Assembly: GCA_033762295.1 (NCBI GenBank)
Contig: JANRLW010000088.1
Location: 1 to 12,165, forward strand
From: Capsulimonadales bacterium
Lineage (GTDB): Bacteria > Armatimonadota > Armatimonadia > Armatimonadales > Armatimonadaceae
Length of the DNA stretch: 12,165 nucleotides
Reading direction: 5' to 3'
Shown here: one piece after another, positions 1-7,900 of the stretch
How the letters are laid out: each line of letters starts with the position of its first letter
Numbering within the stretch: the first letter of the stretch is position 1
Notes under the pieces: model-generated
Told to the model about the DNA's origin: nothing
Seen by the model: only the letters and a program-made list of their open reading frames with translations
Database searches by the model: none
Translations under genes and position numbers: made by a program

Positions 1-909
1 GACGACCGGGCGGCGGTGCTGGAAAAGCTTCCCCGCGACACGGGGACGGGGGCCGGGACGAACATTCGCCGACCGCACCATGAGGTGCTGAAGTTGATCG
101 CGCGGGAGCCGGATCGACCCGCCTATATCGTCGTTCTGTCGGACAGTTATAACGACGAACCGAAGTCCGAAGATCCGGCTTATCGGGATTATTTGCGATA
201 CTACGTGCCGGGGGGCCAGCTCTCCAAGTACCCGAATACGTCGGAAAACGCGGATTACGAGCGGCTTCTGCGGGAACTGGTCGTGTCGGGCAAGGTGCGG
301 CAGTTCGGCATCGGGGTCGGTTTCAACGAAATGGGGCGTCCGATCGAGCGGCTGCCACAGTCCGCTCCGAAGCCGGAACCCGTTCCCACGGTCGCGCCGG
401 TTTCAGCCGTATCCAAACCGGCGGAAAATCCGTCTCCGTTATTGTGGATCGTCCTCGGTCTGGCCGGAATCGCGGCGGTGGGCGGCCTGGTGTTTTTCCT
501 GTCTGCGGCGAAACCGATGGCTCTCCGAATCAGCAACGGGCCAAAGGAGATGAAGGATTTTCAGGTGCGTGCGGGGCAGCCGGTGCGCATCGGCGGCGAG
601 GGCGCACGGTTCGCTCCGGATGCCTTTCCGATCGCGGAACTGAAATCGGCGGTCGTCGTGATTCGTCCGGGGCGCGGCGGATTGACGGCGGCTCCGGCCT
701 CTCAGGCGATGCCGGGCGGAAAATCGGATGCCGCCGCGCCTCCGCCGGGCAACGAAACATCGAAGGTCCGTGTCCTATTAAACGGACTTCCTCTGGAAGC
801 CGAATCTCCGGTCGGGTATGGCGACGAATTGCGTATTGCGATAACGCCGGCCGCCGGGGGAGTGGCCAGGGAGTACCGTCTCAAACTGACCGATCCGAAA
901 AACATCTAA
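1..909 (+). CDS. vWA domain (C-terminal half) - Pro-rich linker - single TM helix - degenerate FHA-like domain protein; 5'-truncated
   Basis: Frame is open from base 1 (GAC GAC CGG GCG GCG GTG...), so the GTG at 16 is probably internal. vWA-like motifs in the correct order: GTNI (55-66), YIVVLSD (to 144), RQFGIGVG. The MIDAS DxSxS motif would lie upstream of the window. Linker PKPEPVPTVAPV, TM LLWIVLGLAGIAAVGGLVFFLS (~439-504), then FHA-like pattern VRIGG...VLLNGLPL...PVGYGDELRI. Stop TAA at 907-909. Confidence 0.75.
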   Translation, partial: DDRAAVLEKLPRDTGTGAGTNIRRPHHEVLKLIAREPDRPAYIVVLSDSYNDEPKSEDPAYRDYLRYYVPGGQLSKYPNTSENADYERLLRELVVSGKVRQFGIGVGFNEMGRPIERLPQSAPKPEPVPTVAPVSAVSKPAENPSPLLWIVLGLAGIAAVGGLVFFLSAAKPMALRISNGPKEMKDFQVRAGQPVRIGGEGARFAPDAFPIAELKSAVVVIRPGRGGLTAAPASQAMPGGKSDAAAPPPGNETSKVRVLLNGLPLEAESPVGYGDELRIAITPAAGGVAREYRLKLTDPKNI

Positions 910-963
910 AATATCCGAGCCGCCACGATGCCTGACCGTTACACAACTACAAGGAAACCATTG

Positions 964-1650
964 GTGACAAATTATCGGGGACGACGACACGTCGTCATTT
1001 TTCTTTTACTGACGTTACTTTCCTTTGCTTCCTTGCGAAACGCGCAGGCTCAGGAACCGAAACTGACACAGAATTCCGGATCGGAACTGCAGAATGCGTA
1101 TCAGGATAAAAAACCGTACACGCTTCGCCTGCTGTTTACCGATCCTTCCGGCGATACGGTCAGTAAATCCAAGGCGATTTTCGTCGATGAGGGACCGTCG
1201 GGGAACCTTCGGATTCCCGCGACCAACATCACCGGGGATGTGCGGACGGGCGCGGTCATCGAGTGGCGGGTGAACGGATTCGAGCCCGGTTCGCACAAGG
1301 GGTATTTCGAGGTAAGTCGGCTCAACGATACCGCGCCGATCCGGTATCCGGCCGAACCGACCGAGTTCTATTCGTTCGTGGTTGAAAACCTGACGACGAA
1401 ATGGATCATCTTCGGTGTGGGGCTTTTGATCGGCCTGACGGCGATTCCGGCGATCGTGTTCTTCCTCTCGCGTTCCATCAATCCGCGGGGCGACTCCTCG
1501 CAGGCGGCGCGTCTGGGCCTTTTCTTCGGGATTCTGGCGATCTGTGTGCTGTTCATCGGGTTGTTTCTGAGCATTTACGGATGGCTGGTCTTCGCGATCA
1601 TCGTCCTGGCGTTTCTGGCGTTGCCTCTCCTGTTCACACGCCGTCGGTAA
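964..1650 (+). CDS. Exported beta-rich (Ig-like?) domain protein with signal peptide and three C-terminal TM helices
   Basis: ORF track gives 928..1650. SD-like AAGGA at 951-955 precedes in-frame TTG 961 and GTG 964. Starting there gives a clean signal peptide (MTNYRGRRH-VVIFLLLTLLSFASL-RNAQA|QEPK). Three hydrophobic segments: WIIFGVGLLIGLTAIPAIVFFL, LGLFFGILAICVLFIGLFLSIY, WLVFAIIVLAFLALPLLF, ending in RRR. Confidence 0.8.
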   Translation: MTNYRGRRHVVIFLLLTLLSFASLRNAQAQEPKLTQNSGSELQNAYQDKKPYTLRLLFTDPSGDTVSKSKAIFVDEGPSGNLRIPATNITGDVRTGAVIEWRVNGFEPGSHKGYFEVSRLNDTAPIRYPAEPTEFYSFVVENLTTKWIIFGVGLLIGLTAIPAIVFFLSRSINPRGDSSQAARLGLFFGILAICVLFIGLFLSIYGWLVFAIIVLAFLALPLLFTRRR

Positions 1651-1681
1651 CTCGCCATTTTCGTCGTTGTCGCTATGCGTG

Positions 1682-1698
1682 TACAATGGATGGCGGAG
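1682..1698 (+). promoter_or_regulatory. Candidate -10 element (TACAAT) and RBS (GGAG) upstream of the first paralogue
   Basis: TACAAT at 1682-1687 is a 5/6 match to TATAAT in a GC-rich background. GGAG at 1695-1698 lies 9 nt before ATG 1708. No convincing -35 element. Confidence 0.3.
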
Positions 1699-1707
1699 AA
1701 CATTGAA

Positions 1708-2763
1708 ATGGAGATTTTTCCCGTTGATCTCGGTCCGGAATGGCAGGTGGCACTGATTCAGGCGCGGATGCTGGCGTCCTCGGCGCCCGGATCGCGTCGC
1801 GGTCCGCGAACGTCCGTGACCGCCGGCGACACAGGAACCCGTTTCGGTGCGCTCGGTCGATTCTGGACCGGCGGAGCCGGACTTCCCGACGGCAGGGCGG
1901 ACGACGTTCTCCGATCGATGGGCGGCGTCATCGGCGGGTCCGTCGGCGGGTTGGGCGGAGGGAGCATCGGGTTTCTTGCCCCGGCAATCGTCGGGGGGAC
2001 ACAGGGCCAACCGATCTTCGGCGCTATTTTCGGCCTGCTGGGATTGACGATGCTGACGGCGGGAATCGTCATGCCGCGAGCGTTGCTCCGGCACTGGGCA
2101 CGGACGGCAATCACGCCGAACGAAGTCGAGGCGATGCTGGACGGCCGGGAAGCGGGACCCGAACGGGCCTATCTGACGCTCCTTCGGGATGCGTTGCGCC
2201 AGGAGATTCCCGACCAGGCGGCGACCGAAATACGAAAGGCGTTGCGCGCCCTCGGGGAGGCGATCCACCGACTGCCTGCGGTGCCGGAGACCGGGGAGAC
2301 GGATGCTCGACAACTGCGTGAGAACGCGGAGAGTGCCGAGCGCGCGGCGTCGGAGGAACCGGACCCGGTGACGGCGGCCTCGCTTCGACGTCAGGCCGAG
2401 GCGCTGCTTCGTTCGGCGCGGGCGGCGGAACAGTCCGCTCTGGTGCTTCGCCGGAACGCCGTCCTGCGCAGGGAGATCGCCGTGCAGACGGAGGCGCTTC
2501 GACTAGGATTGGCCGCCCTTTATGCGGGGGCTGGCGATATGGCCGAGTTGAGTCGTCTGGCGGAGCAGGTGCGCGGTGTCGCGGCCGAAGCCGGCGCGGT
2601 AGCGGACGCCCGCGCGGAACTGGAGGAGTTTCTGACGAACGAATCAACGCCGATGGCGGTCAACCCGTCGGTGGAAACAGCAAGAGGCGGTAGGTCGCCG
2701 AGCGTGGCCGAGACCGAGGGCGCGACCGTCGCCTCCGTCGCCACCGTCACCGGCCGAAGGTAA
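1708..2763 (+). CDS. Membrane-anchored helical/coiled-coil protein, paralogue A (Gly-rich hydrophobic hairpin)
   Basis: ORF track gives 1675..2763. Start placed at ATG 1708 because MEIFPVDLG aligns with the N-termini of the next two genes and has a GGAG RBS; ATG 1675 and 1690 are alternatives. Gly-rich segment MGGVIGGSVGGLGGGSIGFLAPAIVGG, TM IFGAIFGLLGLTMLTAGIVMP, then an Ala/Arg/Glu-rich helical C-terminal half. Confidence 0.8.
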   Translation: MEIFPVDLGPEWQVALIQARMLASSAPGSRRGPRTSVTAGDTGTRFGALGRFWTGGAGLPDGRADDVLRSMGGVIGGSVGGLGGGSIGFLAPAIVGGTQGQPIFGAIFGLLGLTMLTAGIVMPRALLRHWARTAITPNEVEAMLDGREAGPERAYLTLLRDALRQEIPDQAATEIRKALRALGEAIHRLPAVPETGETDARQLRENAESAERAASEEPDPVTAASLRRQAEALLRSARAAEQSALVLRRNAVLRREIAVQTEALRLGLAALYAGAGDMAELSRLAEQVRGVAAEAGAVADARAELEEFLTNESTPMAVNPSVETARGGRSPSVAETEGATVASVATVTGRR

Positions 2764-2769
2764 AGGAAC

Positions 2770-3756
2770 ATGGTGATCCGTCCGGGGGACCTGGGAAGCG
2801 TCTGGCATATCGCTCTGGTGCGTTATCGCGCCCTGGGGCACGCTCGCTTTTCGCCGCCGGCCGAAATCGGTCGACTCGGACGCATCTGGGCATCCGGGCT
2901 CGGGCTTTCGGAAGAGGTCGCGGCGTCCACCCTGCCCATGATGGTCGATACCGCCATGCCACTGGTCGCGGGCGGCGGAACGGCAATCTCGCTGGCCGCT
3001 CTTGCCGTGGCCTTTCTGAGCGGGTTTCGACCGGACGTGACGTCGGGCTGTCTGCTCGGGGCCGCGATCGGTCTGTTCCTCTGCCTGGTGGTGTTGCCCC
3101 GTCGGAACTTCCGCCGTCTTCATCTCGCGCCGGTACGCTGGGATGAACTGGAAGCGTTAAAAGGGGCGCAGCCGACCCGCACGAAGGAGGAGGCGTCGGT
3201 TCCCGCTCGAAAACGGTCGGCTCTCCTTCGCGTATCGGAAGGCCTGCGCGGCGCGGCGCCACGACTGCCGGGGGATGACCTGGAACGTGAGTTTCTTCGT
3301 CTCCTGCAGGACGTGACCGATCTGCGGGGTTTCGATTCGACGACCGAGGCCGCCGTCCGGTCGGTGGTCAACGCGCTCGGCGAGGCGGTCGGCAGTCTGC
3401 CGGACCCGATGCACCAGAATGACGTTCCTTCGACGGCGACCGATGCGGTATCGGAAAACGACCGTCGCCTGGCACGACGTCTGCAGGTTTTACGTAATGA
3501 TTTGATGGCGGAACTCGCCGCCGTCCGTGGACTGTTGCCGGCGCTGACCGGGGAGGCGACGGGAACGACGGGAACGACGGGAACGGAACGTCTGGCCGCC
3601 GTATCGACGACCGCTCGTCAGGTGACTTCCGAGGCGAAGGCGGTCTTGGCCGCGCGTCAGGATCTGGCGCCGGAGTTGTATCCGCGACTGGCGGCCGTCT
3701 ACGGACATCGGGCCGAACCGGAAACGGAACGAACGGCGCGAATCGAGCCGCGCTAG
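2770..3756 (+). CDS. Membrane-anchored helical/coiled-coil protein, paralogue B
   Basis: RBS AAGGA directly after the previous stop (TAAAGGAACATG), 6-bp gap. Two TM segments (AISLAALAVAFLSG; GCLLGAAIGLFLCLVVLP). Shares blocks EREFLRLLQD...ALGEAVGSLP and EAKAVLAARQDL with its neighbours. Confidence 0.8.
   Translation: MVIRPGDLGSVWHIALVRYRALGHARFSPPAEIGRLGRIWASGLGLSEEVAASTLPMMVDTAMPLVAGGGTAISLAALAVAFLSGFRPDVTSGCLLGAAIGLFLCLVVLPRRNFRRLHLAPVRWDELEALKGAQPTRTKEEASVPARKRSALLRVSEGLRGAAPRLPGDDLEREFLRLLQDVTDLRGFDSTTEAAVRSVVNALGEAVGSLPDPMHQNDVPSTATDAVSENDRRLARRLQVLRNDLMAELAAVRGLLPALTGEATGTTGTTGTERLAAVSTTARQVTSEAKAVLAARQDLAPELYPRLAAVYGHRAEPETERTARIEPR
3557..3585 (+). repeat. In-frame 9-bp tandem repeat (GACGGGAAC)x3 encoding TGT-TGT-TGT
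   Basis: Perfect copies at 3558-3566, 3567-3575 and 3576-3584. Confidence 0.9.
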
Positions 3757-3784
3757 CCAGTCACAGGAATAGGTCAGGGAAGCG

Positions 3785-4903
3785 ATGCAATTGACGTTGC
3801 GGGATATCGGCGAGGAACGTTTTGTCACGGTGCTCGGGCGGTCCGTCCGGGCGATACAGGGAGCGAACAACGCCCACGCGGCGACGCCCAACGCCACCCT
3901 GCATCCGCCGTTTCCGGGAAAACTGAAACGCGCGCCGCGTCGGCTGGCGCGGTTCTGGACCCGGAAACTCGACCTTCCGGAGGAAGCGGCAACGCGTCTC
4001 GCCGACCAGATCTGGACGGGACCGTACGGAGCGAGCCTGAAAGCCTTCTCCTTCGTTTTCCTTTTTCATATGGCGCTCGCCGCTTTCCTGATGGGAATCG
4101 GCACGGGCGTCGGAGTTTTTATCGGCGTATTTTTCCTGTTTCTGTGGACCAGTATCATTGGCGGCATGGTCTGGGCGCCCAGGGTCCAGTTGACCCAGAT
4201 TGCCGAAAGAGATCTGACGGTCGAGGATATCGAGGCGTTGCTGCCGAACGCGCGAGGTCGCCTGGAACGGCAGTATTTCGGTCTGGTTCTGGATGCGCTC
4301 CGAACCGAGATTCCGTCGGAGTCCGCGAAAAGCGATATTCGGGCGGCGCTCCGGCATCTGGGCGACGCGATCGCGCGGCTTCCGTCCGATCCGGTGGCGA
4401 CGCCGGATGCGGATATCCTGCGTCGGGAGGCGCAAGGTCTGCGAATGCAGGCGAACCGGGAGACGGACGCCTTCGTAGAATCCTCATTGCTGCGTCAGGC
4501 TGAGATGCTGGAGCAGCGGGCGACGCTGGCGGCGCAGAACGGACGGTCCGCCCGACGAATCGCGATGCTGCGACGGGAGGCGCGTACTCAGATGGACAGC
4601 CTGCGTTCGGTTTTGGTCGGGTTTCAGCAGGCGCAGCAGTCGGATGTCGTGGCGATCAGCCAGCTTTCGTCGGCGTTGCAGCGGGTGAGCGGTGAAGCGA
4701 AAGCGGTCGCTCTGGCCCGCCAGGAACTGGAAAACGAGGAACTGGAACGGATGTACGGCGCGCCGCTGCCGGTTCCGAATCCGGTGACGACCCCGGCGGT
4801 ACAACCGGTCCGGCCAAATAATCCCGGTCCCACCGGGCCAATGCCTGCGCCGCCCGCCTCCGGAAACCGGGGGCCCTGGTGGCGGAACAATAACGGCGTG
4901 TAA
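3785..4903 (+). CDS. Membrane-anchored helical/coiled-coil protein, paralogue C, with Pro-rich tail ending GPWWRNNNGV
   Basis: AGGGA upstream of ATG, 28-bp gap from the previous gene. TM hairpin FSFVFLFHMALAAFLMGIGTGVGVFIGVFFLFLWTSIIGGMVW. Shared blocks ERQYFGLVLDALRTEIP...LGDAIARLP and EAKAVALARQELE. Confidence 0.82.
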   Translation: MQLTLRDIGEERFVTVLGRSVRAIQGANNAHAATPNATLHPPFPGKLKRAPRRLARFWTRKLDLPEEAATRLADQIWTGPYGASLKAFSFVFLFHMALAAFLMGIGTGVGVFIGVFFLFLWTSIIGGMVWAPRVQLTQIAERDLTVEDIEALLPNARGRLERQYFGLVLDALRTEIPSESAKSDIRAALRHLGDAIARLPSDPVATPDADILRREAQGLRMQANRETDAFVESSLLRQAEMLEQRATLAAQNGRSARRIAMLRREARTQMDSLRSVLVGFQQAQQSDVVAISQLSSALQRVSGEAKAVALARQELENEELERMYGAPLPVPNPVTTPAVQPVRPNNPGPTGPMPAPPASGNRGPWWRNNNGV

Positions 4904-4912
4904 AGGCGAACA

Positions 4913-4946
4913 GGCGCTTCGGCGCAAAGGGGCGGCGCTACGGCGC
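4913..4946 (+). repeat. Twin 13-bp direct repeat GGCGCT(T/A)CGGCGC, each copy a 4-bp stem with a cUNCGg tetraloop
   Basis: GGCGCTTCGGCGC at 4913-4925 and GGCGCTACGGCGC at 4934-4946; 12/13 identical, 21-bp period, in the 60-bp spacer before the tubulin-like gene. Confidence 0.7.
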
Positions 4947-4963
4947 GAACGAAACAGAAAACC

Positions 4964-7900
4964 ATGGCAGAAAATAACGGCAACACCGTCAACAACGCAC
5001 CGACGACCGTCGGACCGGCACAGAACGCGCAGGCGCGGGAAGAACAGCGTCTGCGCGGCGTTTCCCGTTCCCTGCTGATTGCCGTCGGGGGAACCGGTCA
5101 TAAGGTTCTGCTCGACGTCCGGCAGCGACTTTTGCAGAAGTACGGTTCTCTGGACAAACTCCCGATCGTCGGCTTCCTGCTGATCGATACGGACCAGGCG
5201 ATCTTCGGCAAGAACCCGAACTACAGCGATGCCGCCAACCTGGACAACGCCGACAAGATCCATACCAGCGTTCACGGGGTCGAACAACTCCGGCGGAACC
5301 TGCGAGAGTATCCGCATCTGCGAGACTGGCTGGACCCGAAGACGCTTTCGGGCGATATCCAGCAGGGGGCGGGTGCGGTCCGTGCGCGAGGACGTCTGTC
5401 GTTCTTCTGGAACTACGATGTCATCGCCAAGCGGATCGAGGAGGAGATCGCCGAAATCACCAAAGATTCGAGCAAGGCGATCGCCATCCGCAACGGTCTG
5501 CAGGTTTCGGAAGGAATCACCGTCTACATCGTCGGTTCGTTGCTGGGTGGGACCGGTTCGGGGATGTTTCTGGACATGGCCTACGCGGTCAAGGACCTGC
5601 TGAAATCCCAGCGGATGCTGGAAACGGTGGGTATCTTTACGATCCCACCGAACTCGGCGGCGGTCGCGGTCGATAACCGGCCGAACGCCTACGCCTCTCT
5701 TCTCGAATTGAATCACTACACCGACCCGTCGACGACCTTTACCGCGCAGTACAAACCCGATCAACCGGGCATCGAGAACGCCGACCCGCCGTTCCGGTAC
5801 ACCTATCTGGTCGACACATCGTCGCCGTCGGCGAACCTGGGATCGGTCGATAAACTGGTGGAGATGATCGGGCATTCGATCTTCCTGGACCTGACCAGCG
5901 AGTTCCAGCGGCAGAAGAAATCGAACCGGGATAACTTCGACCAGTTCCTAACCAATCCGGACGATCTCGGCTGTCCGCAGAACTACCTTTCGATGGGACT
6001 CGCGGCCATTCATTTCCCGAAGGACAAAGTGTTGCACGCCTGCGCCTCCCGTCTGGCGCACCAGATCCTGATGCGCTGGACCGAGCCGCTTTCGCGCGTG
6101 ACGAATGTCGGCGCATTCACCGAGGGCGAACTGGCGCGTCTGGGTCTGGACCCGGACGAGATTCGTCGCCAGTTGACGATCGCCAGCGCCGAAACCGGCG
6201 ACCTGCTCCGGGATGCGGCGATGCAGTTCTGGAGCGGCGTCAACCGCGAGTACGAAACGAACTATCCGGGTCATAACCGGGTGGTCGAACTGCTGAACAC
6301 ACGGCAGGCCGACCTGCAGGCGAAGTACGTCGACAACGACCCGAACCCCGATCCGCTCGGGAAGCGTCGCGCGAACCTGGGCGAATTCATCTGGCAGATG
6401 GTCGAGAACCTGCGTGCGGTCATTCCGGCGAAGGAAGCGGCGCTGCGATCGTTCATTTCCGAGTGTGTCAACGACCCGAACCGTCGGCACGGTGTCGCCC
6501 GCGCCTTCCTGGATCAGTGCAGCGAGCGGTTCCGCAACTATGCCACCGCGCTGGCCGCCGATCGGGACGCCGCCAAGGAAACGCTGGTGCCGCTTTCCGA
6601 ACAGCGGGACGGGCAACTGGGGGAGATTACCCGACTGGCCGGGGATGTCGTTCTCGGAATGGTCATGGGCGGCGCGAAACGACGCTCGATCGATGAAAAG
6701 AAGGACGCCTATCTGCGGTTCGCCCGGCAGTGGGACACCGCGTTTCTGGATATTCGCGCCAACGACCTCGCCATCTACTTCTACACCGGAATGCAGAGCG
6801 TTCTCGATGCGCTGAAAGAGGAGATGGACGCCTATATCGAGCGGATGCGCCAACTGGAAACGTTCTACCGTCGGGAGGAGAATCTGGCGATCGAGAATCC
6901 GGTGGACGTCAACGGGGCCATCCTGTTCGACCGGGGACGGCGGGTGGAATCCGAGAACGGAACGGCCACTTACGTCGACGGCGATATCGACCGGCGGTAT
7001 ACGGCCTATGTCGGCGACGGAATGAACCCGGGCAACACGACCGTGAACACGACCTCGTCGGAAATCCTGGCCGAAGTCGGGACGGCCGGAAACATCTACG
7101 GTTTGCGGGACGCCGACATCAACCATATCAAGTCCGTGGTCGCCGCCCGGACCCGCGCCGTCTTCCGGGCGGTCGAGAACGAGTCCGTGATCGAGAAGTT
7201 TTTTGAGAAGTACGGCTACGGGACGGATCGCTCGATTGAGGAGATGCGCCGGGTCTTCGGCCTTTCTCAGCCGTTCATTCACCTGCAGCAGAACGCGCCG
7301 AACTACAAGCACCATCAGAACAAGGAACAGACCATCGTCGGAAAGATTTACGGGGCGCAGGGACGTACCGAATCCGAACAGCGTTTCCTGGCGATGTTGA
7401 AGGACACGGTGCAGGGTATTCGGGACGGTCAGATTTCCAACTCCAACGAACAGCATCAGGTGCTGTTCCTGCGTGAGCGAGCGGCGTTCCCGCTGCGATT
7501 GCTGGAAGGAATGGACTCCTATCGGTTCGCCTACGAGCAGGCGCGTTCGCAGGGCGCCTCGGTGAACCCGATCCATACGCGCAAGGATGTCAAGGAGTGG
7601 GTCCGGATCGATCCGCCGTCATTCGTCGAACAGATGGAATCGTGGGAAACCTTCTGTGTCGGCTGGGCGTCCGGCGTCATCACCGAAGAGCGGGATGTGA
7701 AGTATACGGCGACCGGCGCGCGGGAGACGATCCATTTCCTGGCAACCTACAAGGATCGCTTCGGAATGTCGAAAACGGACCGTCTGGGAACGTTCGTCGC
7801 GATCACGGGTGACATGGCGCGCCTGATGCGCGAATCGGAGACGCCGCAGCAACAGGAAGGACGTCCGCCGCTGGAGGCCCGCGAGATCATTCTGATTCTG

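Noticed and set aside
1690..1701. MAEN start shared by the alternative start of paralogue A and the tubulin-like protein (4964)
   Set aside because: Only 4 aa with different codons, and the likely start of A is 1708; probably coincidence.
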